From assembly GCA_002733385.1 (NCBI GenBank), contig NVVO01000008.1, forward strand, positions 13,686 through 59,514: DNA of 45,829 nt, read 5' to 3'. Source of the stretch: Robiginitomaculum sp. Lineage in GTDB: Bacteria > Pseudomonadota > Alphaproteobacteria > Caulobacterales > Maricaulaceae. Shown one piece after another: positions 35,072 to 44,177 of the stretch; the first letter of the stretch is position 1, and each line of letters begins with the position of its first letter. The notes beneath the pieces are model-generated. The model was not told the origin of the DNA and did no database searches. It saw only the letters and a list, made by a program, of their open reading frames with translations. The position numbers and the translations under genes were made by a program.

Positions 35072-36895
35072 TTAAGGCCAAACAACCCGATAAACCAGCA
35101 ATTGATTGCTCGTATCGGTTTGAATTGGTTGTAACCAGTCAGGGGAATCACCATCACTTAATCTTGCCAACATGCCATTTGGCCCGTATTTTATCATCAA
35201 ACTGGTCTCATTACTGGCCCGACACGCAATCACATAATCTGCCTGCATAGCGATTACGGCATTTTTCGCAATTACTTCGCTCTCAATAAACATGTCAAGG
35301 GCCGCTAATATGCCGCTGGTGTTACGGTGATAGGGCGCAGAGGTAACGCTAAGTTTGGTGAAGTGTAATATGGGAGCCCCTAAATCAATTTGGGTCAGGG
35401 CCGTGCCAACAGGCAGGGTATTAAGAGCGGCCAAGTGGGTCTGGCTCGTACAGGATTGCGCCATATTGCCGGTATTTTCTGCTATGGTTTTTTCCTTGGT
35501 ATTTGCCCCCAAGATAAGCGGTATGGTCACCGGTGCCATGGCAATCATCAAAAACGCGCTAACCAATAGCTTTATGGGTGCAGGTTTAAATCGTCCGGCC
35601 CATTGTAGGGCATTGACCAATAAAAATGTTGCCAGAGGAATTGATAGTGCCGTGGCCAAAAACAATAACCTTGCTTGTAATAGTCCGGCGAGTAGGGATA
35701 AAATAACAAATAATATCAAAGTTCTGTGTGAAAGTCCTAACGATTTATTTTGTTTGCGCGCCGTGATAATATATCCCAATATGGCTAGAATGGGTAAAAT
35801 AATGGCCGCAATGCTAGCAACAAAATCCACTTGTGAAAATTGGATAAAATTCCCCGCCTCTGCAACATTGGAAAGCCAAATTTCTACCAAGCGGCTATCT
35901 AGGCCTGCATAGGGGCCTTTAAGGCATTGCGGGTAGATGGCAATGGTTATGATCAAGGCGACAACGCCTAAAAGACCCGCCACAAGCAATCGGAGCAAGG
36001 GCGTTTTAAGCTTGTGGTCCAGATAGCTTAGCCCCCACAAAACAACGGCGACCAGCAATGTCAATTGCAGATAAACGACGGATAAGGCATCACAGTTTGG
36101 GATAAACCAGTTTCTCGGCGTGGTGCTGACCAAAAGGCTAATGAAGGTTGTGAGCGCCAGACCCAGCCCGAAAAACCGCATTTTTTGTTTTGCCGCATGT
36201 TCAGAAAACACCCAGATCGAGACAACTGCAATACAGGCGGCAGCAACATAGGGGGCGCTTTCAATACCGATATAAAGACCAAGTCCGCATAAAACCCCTG
36301 CGTATATCAATGCTTTAGGATTATTTTCTGATGTAACTATAAGCCAGATCGTAGCCAAGGCCAAAACGATTTGCAGTCCGTGATGATCTATTCGCCCCAT
36401 GCCAAATTGCGCCAAGAGACCAAATGATAAAGCCAGCATAAAAGCGGCAATCAGCGGTGTCGCCCGGTGGTTTGATATTCTCCCTGCAATGGCTGTCGCC
36501 AAATATAGATAGACTAGCAATAAAATGCTTGGATAGGCGATAATTGTCACCAGTTCCGCCTTGGCCTGACCAAGCATCGGGGTCAAAATCTTAATTGGCC
36601 CGCCGACCAATATATCAGAAATACGTGACCAGTGAGAATTCAGCGGCTCTACCGGGTTGAGCCGGTATTGGTGCAAATCGAACCAGCTTTGTCCACCTAG
36701 CCAATCGCGGATTTCCGCCATGCGCATATAATCATCATTGCCAAATAATTCGCCCCGTAATATTTTTGCGCCGTACCGGCTCCAGCTGACAAATAATAGC
36801 AAAAACCAGACCAGAAAAACGCTGCCGTGGCGCTCAATTAAATATTGAGAGCGCGCGGACAATTCGCCGGGCTTATTTTGGGGTGATTTACTCAA
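35072..36895 (-). CDS. large polytopic membrane protein, possibly a GT-C-fold glycosyltransferase
   Basis: 607 aa, at least 12 predicted TM helices plus a C-terminal soluble domain of about 130 aa. The first loop carries an acidic motif, GNDDYMRMAEIRDWLGGQSWFDLHQYRLNP, reminiscent of the GT-C first periplasmic loop. The TTG start overlaps the upstream TGA (TTGA). Confidence 0.4.
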   Translation of the reverse strand: MSKSPQNKPGELSARSQYLIERHGSVFLVWFLLLFVSWSRYGAKILRGELFGNDDYMRMAEIRDWLGGQSWFDLHQYRLNPVEPLNSHWSRISDILVGGPIKILTPMLGQAKAELVTIIAYPSILLLVYLYLATAIAGRISNHRATPLIAAFMLALSFGLLAQFGMGRIDHHGLQIVLALATIWLIVTSENNPKALIYAGVLCGLGLYIGIESAPYVAAACIAVVSIWVFSEHAAKQKMRFFGLGLALTTFISLLVSTTPRNWFIPNCDALSVVYLQLTLLVAVVLWGLSYLDHKLKTPLLRLLVAGLLGVVALIITIAIYPQCLKGPYAGLDSRLVEIWLSNVAEAGNFIQFSQVDFVASIAAIILPILAILGYIITARKQNKSLGLSHRTLILFVILSLLAGLLQARLLFLATALSIPLATFLLVNALQWAGRFKPAPIKLLVSAFLMIAMAPVTIPLILGANTKEKTIAENTGNMAQSCTSQTHLAALNTLPVGTALTQIDLGAPILHFTKLSVTSAPYHRNTSGILAALDMFIESEVIAKNAVIAMQADYVIACRASNETSLMIKYGPNGMLARLSDGDSPDWLQPIQTDTSNQLLVYRVVWP

Positions 36896-38127
36896 TTGAA
36901 CGTATCCAGGCTTTGCTTGGCAGGAATGAGCGGACGGCGGGTTAGATACATAATCAGGCAGACCAGAGACAGGCTGATGACCAGTAATAAACTGTCCAAG
37001 CCAGTGTTCAAGCCGACTTTAAATACGGTCGGGACGGGCAGGGCGGAGTTGTCATAACCGACAATTGCCGCCGCAAAAATATTATTGGCCGTATGCATGC
37101 CAATGGCGGTTTCAAGTCCGCCGTCAATATAGGTGAGAACGCAGGCAAATAGGCCAAAGAAAAAATACCCGGATAAAGCCACGAAAATAGAATGCCGTTT
37201 TACGGTTTCGGCCACTTCAGGATTACCAAGGTGCAGGGCGGCAAACCCGGCGCTTGTCAGCACAAATACGACCCAGGGGTTTTTGATATATTGCGCAAGT
37301 CCTTGGTTTAAATACCCCCGCAAGGCTATTTCCTCGGTGGCGGATTGCAAGGGAATAAACAGCAATGTTACAGGCAAATACATCCAGAATTTGGCCGGAT
37401 CAAACACCAGTTTCACGGGGCTAAGGCCTGTAGCATGGCTGCCATAGGTGACGGCGGTAGCGATGGCCCACACTACCAGTATAGCAAAGAACATGCGGCC
37501 CCAACGAAATTTGAAATGAGCTGTGTGCAGGGATAAAATTGTTCGTTTTTGCACATATTTAACTCCAAGCCACAGACCGATGGCCATGGGCGGGAACATC
37601 AAGAGCACAGATAAGTAAACCAAAGCGCTTTTGGACATCCAGTCATTGAGCATGTCCATGTCATCAGGGTTGGAGCTTGTCATACTAAGATAAATTAAAG
37701 CGGAAAATGAGACAAATGCAGACACGGCTGCAATGGTAAATACGGCTTTGCGGGATTTGGGCGAAAAGCTATTGCTGGTCATATAGAGCAAAAAAGCAAT
37801 CAGAGAAAAGGCGAAAATCACCCTGCCGGTATATTTAAACCCATATTTAAATCTGGTTGCATCGGCGCTACCGGATTGCCCTTCACGTATGTTTTCTACA
37901 AGCATGGCCTCTACAAAGGCCGGGTCAATGGTGAAAATAACCAACCCCATAAGCGCGCCAAACACAATCTGACCATAAAACCATAGCATGACGGCGAACC
38001 AGAATACGGCCAACCATGTCCATAATTTGGTGTTGCTGTCTGTGGCTTGGGTAAAAAAGGCAGAAATGGGTGCCAGCGTTGTTTTATGTGCCTGCATAGG
38101 AATCCCTGAAACGGTTTTCCTAGGCAA
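36892..38127 (-). CDS. CPBP-family (CAAX/Abi) intramembrane glutamic metalloprotease
   Basis: Polytopic protein with the three CPBP motifs: EEIALRGYL (EExxxR), FAALHLGN (FxxxH) and HTANN (HxxxN). The track start is a TTG at 38127. An ATG at 38097 (MQAHKTT) is the alternative. Confidence 0.75.
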   Translation of the reverse strand: MPRKTVSGIPMQAHKTTLAPISAFFTQATDSNTKLWTWLAVFWFAVMLWFYGQIVFGALMGLVIFTIDPAFVEAMLVENIREGQSGSADATRFKYGFKYTGRVIFAFSLIAFLLYMTSNSFSPKSRKAVFTIAAVSAFVSFSALIYLSMTSSNPDDMDMLNDWMSKSALVYLSVLLMFPPMAIGLWLGVKYVQKRTILSLHTAHFKFRWGRMFFAILVVWAIATAVTYGSHATGLSPVKLVFDPAKFWMYLPVTLLFIPLQSATEEIALRGYLNQGLAQYIKNPWVVFVLTSAGFAALHLGNPEVAETVKRHSIFVALSGYFFFGLFACVLTYIDGGLETAIGMHTANNIFAAAIVGYDNSALPVPTVFKVGLNTGLDSLLLVISLSLVCLIMYLTRRPLIPAKQSLDTFN

Positions 38128-38157
38128 TAAAGGGGAAACCGTCTTGCATCAATAGAT

Positions 38158-38189
38158 AAACCGCCGCTCTGAAACCAAAACGGCGGTTT
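38158..38189 (-). terminator. stem-loop downstream of the repeat-protein gene
   Basis: A 9-bp inverted repeat, aaaccgccg (38158-38166) / cggcggttt (38181-38189), encloses a 14-nt loop. It starts 27 nt after the stop at 38216. There is no strong T-tract. Confidence 0.35.
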
Positions 38190-38215
38190 GTCTTCGTTAT
38201 TGCAGACTTGCCGCC

Positions 38216-39043
38216 TTAATATCCCCGATAGCTACAGTTGACGATTTGCTCGCTACCCTGAATGATATAGGTTCCGTCATAAGGGTTTGAACATTGCCTG
38301 ACACTGATAAGCTCTCTATGCCCGTGGTGATTGGCTTCGATCAATACCCGCTCACAAAACGTCGTGGCTTTGTAAGTCCAATAGGACGAATAGCGCGGCT
38401 GATAAAAGCTGTATGGCGAAGATGCCCAACGGTAGCGGCTATATCCCGGCTGCCCGAAGCTGAAATTAATCCCTATGGAGCTGCGGTAATGGGAGCGATA
38501 GCCATTGTGCCTGTTGCTCCAATTTGAGCGGTGAACATTGCGCCGTGCATGATCTCTACGGTGCCTGTCCTGACGCCAATGATCTCTACGGTGTCTATCT
38601 TGACGAGCGTGATCTCTACGGTGTCTATCCTGGCGAGCGTGATCCCTGCGGTGTCGGTTTGGCCTGACATGATCTCGGCGATGCCTGTTTGGTCTGGCAT
38701 GATCCCGTCGATGTTGATTAGGTCTGGCATGGTCCCTGCGGTTCCGGTCACGTCTAGCATGATCCCTACGGTTTCGGTCTGGCCTGGCATGATCCCTGCG
38801 GTTCCGATCTGGCCTAGCGTGATCTCTGCGGTTCCGGTTTGGTCTGGCATTATCTCGACGATTTTTGTCTGGCCTGACCTGGTCACGGCGGAAATTTTCG
38901 CGTACATTATCATCATCTCGAGAAAAACTTGGTTTTGTCGCAGATGCTTCAGGTGCTGACAACAACAGGGGTGCTGAGACCGCGGTCGCCATTGCGAGGA
39001 TTAACGGTTTTGTTAACTTGGGTAATAATTTTATGGACGGCAT
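38216..39043 (-). CDS. secreted protein with about 12 tandem decapeptide repeats (RRDHARPxRx)
   Basis: 275 aa. Signal peptide ...APLLLSAPEASA. Residues 52-172 or so are back-to-back 10-aa units (NRRDHARPDR / HRRDHARQDR variants, 30-nt DNA periodicity). The C-terminal domain of about 100 aa is Tyr/Ser/Arg-rich with 3 Cys. Confidence 0.7.
   Translation of the reverse strand: MPSIKLLPKLTKPLILAMATAVSAPLLLSAPEASATKPSFSRDDDNVRENFRRDQVRPDKNRRDNARPNRNRRDHARPDRNRRDHARPDRNRRDHARRDRNRRDHARPNQHRRDHARPNRHRRDHVRPNRHRRDHARQDRHRRDHARQDRHRRDHWRQDRHRRDHARRNVHRSNWSNRHNGYRSHYRSSIGINFSFGQPGYSRYRWASSPYSFYQPRYSSYWTYKATTFCERVLIEANHHGHRELISVRQCSNPYDGTYIIQGSEQIVNCSYRGY
38528..38890 (-). repeat. 30-bp coding tandem repeat array (about 12 units)
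   Basis: Direct reading shows repeated cggtg(c/t)ct(g/a)t(c/t)c(t/c)g(a/g)cg...gtgatctcta units. All three frames on both strands stay open here, producing the spurious track ORFs 38473-38916 and 38531-38959. Confidence 0.8.
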
Positions 39044-39143
39044 TTCAAACTCCTTTGTTTAGCTTAAACTCAATATATCTTTCCAATATTGAAAGTGTTC
39101 TGAAAGGTCTGTTCATCTGAGGTTTATCCTGCTATTACGGGTT

Positions 39144-39518
39144 ATGGATGCTTCAACACCGAATACAGAAATAGATTTCGAGCATATTAAACAATATGTC
39201 GGTGACGATACCGCCTTGATTAAGGAAGTCTTCGGCCTGTTTAAAAATCAGGTTGAGATGTGGTCACGAGGTATGACGCCTCAGGCCAATGATGATGATT
39301 GGGGCGCAGTGATGCATTCTCTAAAAGGCTCGGCCAGAGCCGTTGGCGCCCACAATCTGGCCGCCTTGTGTGAACAGGGTGAAAAACTAACAGGGTCACT
39401 TGGCGGTCTTGAAACCCGTAAGGCCCACATCCACGATGTTCAATTTAGTATCGAGAAAGTTCTCATTGAAATTGGCCGCTGGGAATATACTCAAACCCTT
39501 GCGTCTATGCGGTCATAA
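39144..39518 (+). CDS. histidine phosphotransfer (Hpt) domain protein
   Basis: 124 aa with the canonical Hpt phospho-His helix AVMHSLKGSARAVGAHNLAALCEQGE. Confidence 0.8.
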   Translation: MDASTPNTEIDFEHIKQYVGDDTALIKEVFGLFKNQVEMWSRGMTPQANDDDWGAVMHSLKGSARAVGAHNLAALCEQGEKLTGSLGGLETRKAHIHDVQFSIEKVLIEIGRWEYTQTLASMRS

Positions 39519-39572
39519 GCCTACAACTTATATGAATTTACGAAACCTGATAACAGCAGACGAGGAGCCGTC

Positions 39573-41123
39573 ATGGGAAAATTTAAACCGAGCCGGGCAC
39601 ACACAACAGTATTTGGCGCATTGATTCGCGCCCGCCGGGAATTTGGCGGCAAGCGTGACGCTATCATTGACGCAGATGACCGGATACTGAGTTATACGGA
39701 TATTGTCCGCGCATCATTTGCCCTGGGCAGCGCCATGAAACCCGGTACAAAGGCGCGCGAAAGGGTTGGTATTCTCTTGCCGACCGGTGCGGGCAGTATT
39801 CTGTCATTTTTTGCTCTACAAGCCACGGGCCGTGTCCCGGCCATGCTGAATTTTACCGCTGGCGCCCATAATCTATTGGCGGCATTTAAAGCCGGACAAA
39901 TTACCAAGGTCATCACCGCGCACAGATTTATTAAAATCGGCCAATTGGAGCCATTGATTGAAAAACTGTCTCCCCATGTGGAGTTCATCTATCTGGAAGA
40001 TGTGCGCGACGCCATGACCTTGAAGAACAAGATTGCGGCCGTGCTTGGCTCCGCTTTTCCGGCCTTGTTCATGGCCAAAACCTCATGGAAAAAGCCGGCG
40101 GTGATTTTGTTTACGTCCGGAACTGAAGGTGACCCAAAAGGTGTGGCCTTGTCCCACGGTAATCTGGTGGCCAATGTCGAGCAAATCATCGCTCATATTG
40201 ATGAATTATACCCTGATACGGATGTGGTGTTTAATCCCTTGCCAACCTTTCATTGCTTTGGCCTGACCGGCGGGGCGTTGTTTCCGCTGTTCGCCGGACT
40301 AAAAGTTGCATTATACCCGTCACCTTTGCATGTGAAAATCATACCCGAGCGCATCAAGAAAGTCGGCACTACTATATTGTTCGCCACAGATACTTTTCTA
40401 AGCCGCTATGTCCGCTCCAGTTCGGACGGAGATTTTAAGACCATAAGATTCGCTGTGTGCGGCGCAGAGCAAGTCCGCGACGAGACCCGCAATCTGGTGC
40501 GCAAAAAATCCGAGATGCTTATTCTTGAAGGTTACGGTGTCACCGAGACCGCGCCGGTTATTGCGGTCAATCAACCGAGCGCCAACAGAAAAGGCACGGT
40601 TGGGCATTTTCTGCCAGGCATGGAACACCGCATCGATCCGGTACCGGGCATTGAACGGGGCGGGCGCTTGTTTGTGCGCGGCCCCAATGTCATGATGGGC
40701 TATATCACCACCGATAACCCCGGGGTTATTCAGGAAGTCGAAGGCGGCTGGCACGATACGGGCGATGTGGTTGAAATTGACGAGGACGGCTATGTGGCCA
40801 TTCGCGGGCGGGTTAAACGCTTTGCCAATATTGGCGGCGAGACGGTGTCGCTGGCCGTAGTGGAAAATTGCGCCTGCGCCGTTTGGCCAGATAATCAGCA
40901 TGTGGCCCTCATTAGGCCAGATCCGAAAAAGGGCGAACAGATTGTCTTGCTGTCGGATTGTCCGGCGGCCAACCGCACTGACCTGCGTACCTGGGCCCAA
41001 AGCCACGGCGTATCAGAACTTTCCCTGCCCCGAAAAGTCGTCATAACTGACGAAATTCCGTTGTTAGGGACAGGAAAAGTTGATTATGCAGGCTCTGCCA
41101 AGAAACTGGACGAGCTGTTATAA
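39573..41123 (+). CDS. AMP-binding acyl-(ACP/CoA) synthetase, Aas C-terminal-domain-like
   Basis: 516 aa. ILFTSGTEGDPKGVALSHGNLVANV, EGYGVTETAP, WHDTGDVVEIDEDGY and the terminal LLGTGKVDY. Confidence 0.8.
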   Translation: MGKFKPSRAHTTVFGALIRARREFGGKRDAIIDADDRILSYTDIVRASFALGSAMKPGTKARERVGILLPTGAGSILSFFALQATGRVPAMLNFTAGAHNLLAAFKAGQITKVITAHRFIKIGQLEPLIEKLSPHVEFIYLEDVRDAMTLKNKIAAVLGSAFPALFMAKTSWKKPAVILFTSGTEGDPKGVALSHGNLVANVEQIIAHIDELYPDTDVVFNPLPTFHCFGLTGGALFPLFAGLKVALYPSPLHVKIIPERIKKVGTTILFATDTFLSRYVRSSSDGDFKTIRFAVCGAEQVRDETRNLVRKKSEMLILEGYGVTETAPVIAVNQPSANRKGTVGHFLPGMEHRIDPVPGIERGGRLFVRGPNVMMGYITTDNPGVIQEVEGGWHDTGDVVEIDEDGYVAIRGRVKRFANIGGETVSLAVVENCACAVWPDNQHVALIRPDPKKGEQIVLLSDCPAANRTDLRTWAQSHGVSELSLPRKVVITDEIPLLGTGKVDYAGSAKKLDELL

Positions 41124-41130
41124 ATTCGCT

Positions 41131-41667
41131 TTAACGCGATTTCAAATATTTAAGCATGGTATCAGCATCTGACACTTCGAACGGGTCGGTCGGGCAATCA
41201 TCGGAGAACCCCGCTTCCGAGAACATTTTGGTGATTTTCGTATCCTCGACCAGCATGGAATAACGCCACGAACGCGCCCCAAAACCAACATTGTTTTTGT
41301 CGACCAATGCGCCCATGTGCCGGGTAAATGTACCGCTTCCGTCGGGGAGCAAGAACACGTTTTTACGGTTTTGGCTCAATCCCCATTGATACATGACGAA
41401 CGCATCATTGACCGACAAACAGATGATTTCGTCTATGCCCTGGGCTTTAAACTCGTCGTAAAGTTCCTCATAGCGCGGCAAATGTGATGTTGAGCAGGTC
41501 GGGGTAAAGGCACCGGGCAGGGCAAAGAGTACGACATTTTTGCCTTTAAAAATGTCGTCTGACGTGATTTGTTGCCATTTGAACGGATTGTCACCGCCAA
41601 CGCTTTCATCGCGAACGCGGGTCATAAAGGTTACATTAGGAACGTGTGTAGGCATAGTTTTCTCCAA
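41131..41667 (-). CDS. peroxiredoxin (Prx5/PrxD type)
   Basis: 178 aa. Peroxidatic Cys in LFALPGAFTPTCS, with SVNDAFVM downstream. An ATG at codon 5 (MPTHVP) is an alternative start. Confidence 0.85.
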   Translation of the reverse strand: MEKTMPTHVPNVTFMTRVRDESVGGDNPFKWQQITSDDIFKGKNVVLFALPGAFTPTCSTSHLPRYEELYDEFKAQGIDEIICLSVNDAFVMYQWGLSQNRKNVFLLPDGSGTFTRHMGALVDKNNVGFGARSWRYSMLVEDTKITKMFSEAGFSDDCPTDPFEVSDADTMLKYLKSR

Positions 41668-41753
41668 TATTAGAATGATTCTAAAGTTATATAAGTGTTT
41701 GAATTAAGACTGCAAGGACAAAAATGTCGCAGGTTAAACTGTCAGGGCAGGAT

Positions 41754-42086
41754 TTAGAGAGAAAAGCTGGTGCCACAACCACAGGCCGCCTTGGCATTAG
41801 GGTTGTGTATTTTAAAAGCAGAACCAATGAGCTCTCTAACATAATCAATCTGGCTGTCTTTAAGAAAGCCTTGTGATATTTCGTCAATCAGGATCTTCGC
41901 ACCGTCCAGCTCAATTATGAGATCATCTGCATTGGGCCTATCGGCGAAATCAAAGGCATATTGAAACCCGGAACAGCCACCGCCGTTTACGGCTACCCGC
42001 AAAAACCTGTCGCCAGACTGTTTGGCCATAATAGCATTGATTTGTTTGGCCGCAGATTGGCTCATGGAGATTTTTGGGTCAGTCAT
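41754..42086 (-). CDS. erpA: iron-sulfur cluster insertion protein (HesB/IscA/ErpA family)
   Basis: 110 aa. LRVAVNGGGCSGFQY and the C-terminal CGCGTSFSL cysteine motif. Confidence 0.8.
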   Translation of the reverse strand: MTDPKISMSQSAAKQINAIMAKQSGDRFLRVAVNGGGCSGFQYAFDFADRPNADDLIIELDGAKILIDEISQGFLKDSQIDYVRELIGSAFKIHNPNAKAACGCGTSFSL

Positions 42087-42150
42087 TTAACACTCGCCTA
42101 TTGTTATATCTTCCTTGTATATAGAGAATGATTCCAAAAGGTGAAGTAAT

Positions 42151-43362
42151 TTGACAAAATATTCTCCAAAACCCGCCATATTTTCTCCCAAGCGAGAAAG
42201 AGCGATTTATGCCAGCGATCCGGACAAGTCTCGGGGGCGCAGAATAAAACAGGTGGGTAAATCCGAACGTACCTTGTTTCAACATGATAAAGACCGCATC
42301 ATTCATGCATCCGCCTTTCGCCGTCTCAAAGGCAAGACGCAAGTATTTGTCGCCCATGAGGGCGACACTTACCGCACCCGCCTGACCCATTCCCTTGAGG
42401 TCGCGCAAATCGCCCGTTCCATCGCCCGTGTGCTTGGCTTGGATGAAGATCTGGCCGAATGCTTGGCTCTGGCCCATGACCTTGGCCATCCGCCCTTTGG
42501 CCATAGCGGCGAAACCGCTTTGCAAAAAGTCATGGCTCCTTACGGCGGCTTCGATCACAATGCTCAAACATTGCGTATAGTCGAGACTTTGGAGGGGCGA
42601 TACGCAGATTTTGACGGGCTGAACCTAAGCTGGGAGACTTTAGAGGGCATAGCCAAACATAATGGCCCGCTGCTTGATGATGAACGCGCGGAGGACAGCT
42701 TGCCGTGGGCAATGCGCGAACTTGAAGATTGGCGACGGCTAGAACTGCACACCTTTGCCGGGCCGGAGGCTCAAGTTGCGGCTCTGGCTGATGATATTGC
42801 CTATAACAATCACGATATTGACGACGGGCTGGGCGCAGGACTGTTTTCCATTGAAGATGTTTGCCAGGTACCTGTTGTGGGTAGGGTGTTTAAAGATGTG
42901 AAAGCCCGGCATCCAGACATTGCCCATGATCGGCTTATTCACGAGGTTATTCGTGATTTAATCGGCTATATGGTGGCGGATTTGCTCAAGGAAAGCCGCG
43001 CCCGGCTTACCCATCACAAGCCAGCAAGTGCAGATGAAATTCGCCAGCTAAGTCGGCCAGTTATAGCATTTTCCGACCCGTTTCGCGCCGATGAAAAGCC
43101 TTTACGGGCTTTTTTGTTCGAAAACATGTATCGCCACTACAAGGTCAACCGCATGATGGGGCAGGCGGTGCGGGTGGTTGAAGAATTGTTCGGCCTGTTT
43201 ATTGATGATCCAAGCTTGTTGCCCACTGATATATTTATACAATGTAATGGGCCTAAGACACCTGAAACCGCTCGGGTTATTTGTGACTATATTGCCGGTA
43301 TGACTGACCGTTTTGCCATAGAAGAACACAGAAAACTGTTTTCCGTCACCGGCTATTTGTAA
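42151..43362 (+). CDS. dgt: deoxyguanosinetriphosphate triphosphohydrolase-like HD-domain protein
   Basis: 403 aa, TTG start. FQHDKDRIIHSAAFRRL-type N-terminus, RTRLTHSLEVAQIAR, LAHDLGHPPFGH, DDIAYNNHDIDDG and the C-terminal DYIAGMTDRFA. Confidence 0.85.
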   Translation: MTKYSPKPAIFSPKRERAIYASDPDKSRGRRIKQVGKSERTLFQHDKDRIIHASAFRRLKGKTQVFVAHEGDTYRTRLTHSLEVAQIARSIARVLGLDEDLAECLALAHDLGHPPFGHSGETALQKVMAPYGGFDHNAQTLRIVETLEGRYADFDGLNLSWETLEGIAKHNGPLLDDERAEDSLPWAMRELEDWRRLELHTFAGPEAQVAALADDIAYNNHDIDDGLGAGLFSIEDVCQVPVVGRVFKDVKARHPDIAHDRLIHEVIRDLIGYMVADLLKESRARLTHHKPASADEIRQLSRPVIAFSDPFRADEKPLRAFLFENMYRHYKVNRMMGQAVRVVEELFGLFIDDPSLLPTDIFIQCNGPKTPETARVICDYIAGMTDRFAIEEHRKLFSVTGYL

Positions 43363-43445
43363 CCTTTCGTTAACCGTGAGGGTGGCAAAATAAACGATGG
43401 TAATGATAATGACCAAGGCACAGACTTAATCTAAGAGGACCTAAA

Positions 43446-44177
43446 ATGGAAAACGAGCCACAAGACGCTTATTTACCCGCAACTGGCACGGAAACGCTGC
43501 ATCCTTTTGATGTCCGGGCCCAGTCGGGACGCATGGGCATGGTGAAGTTTTTCGGCGTAGTCATCCTGGTGCTGGTTTTGGTTTTCGTGGTGGTGAAATT
43601 ATTTGCCTCTGGTACCCGTGACCGGGATAGTACGCCGAACATTCTAGCAGATAATACACCCTATAAAGAAGTCCCGTTAAATCCAGGCGGCGCAAAAACT
43701 CCTAACCAAGATAAAGAAATATTCGAAGTTTCAAACAAGCCGGAAAAGCAGTTGGTAATAAAAACCGCGCCTATAGCCGAAGAACCGCTGCCAAAACCTA
43801 AATCCCGCCCGGTTGCGAATGTGATTATCAAACAGCCAGGAGATGCGAGCAACCAGCCAGTCAAGCCCGAGCCTGCCAATGATCCAGCCACCAAACCAGC
43901 TAATGTCAAACCCACATTGGCCTATGGTGATTATGTGGTGCAAGTGGCATCCCTGCGCTCCCAGGCACAGGCCGAACAGACCTGGGAAAGGCTAAGTGCC
44001 AATATGGGAGAGTTGCTGACATCCGCCCATTTTGCCGATATCAAACGTATCGATCTCGGCGAACGCGGCATATATTACCGCCTGCGTGTCAACGGACTTG
44101 CCAACAAACAGGCGGCGACACTTCTATGTTCACAATTTAAAAACCTAGAACAAGACTGTATTGTTACAAGGAAATGA
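43446..44177 (+). CDS. SPOR-domain (septal peptidoglycan-binding) protein
   Basis: 243 aa. One TM helix, a Pro/Lys-rich linker, and a C-terminal SPOR fold pattern YVVQVASLRSQAQAEQTWERL ... IYYRLRVNGL.NKQAATLLC. Confidence 0.75.
   Translation: MENEPQDAYLPATGTETLHPFDVRAQSGRMGMVKFFGVVILVLVLVFVVVKLFASGTRDRDSTPNILADNTPYKEVPLNPGGAKTPNQDKEIFEVSNKPEKQLVIKTAPIAEEPLPKPKSRPVANVIIKQPGDASNQPVKPEPANDPATKPANVKPTLAYGDYVVQVASLRSQAQAEQTWERLSANMGELLTSAHFADIKRIDLGERGIYYRLRVNGLANKQAATLLCSQFKNLEQDCIVTRK

Noticed and set aside
38473-38959. Two ORFs of about 145 aa (38473-38916 minus, 38531-38959 plus) within the 30-bp repeat array.
   Set aside because: The repeat periodicity keeps several frames open. Only the 38216-39043 frame has a signal peptide, a start context and a non-repetitive C-terminal domain.
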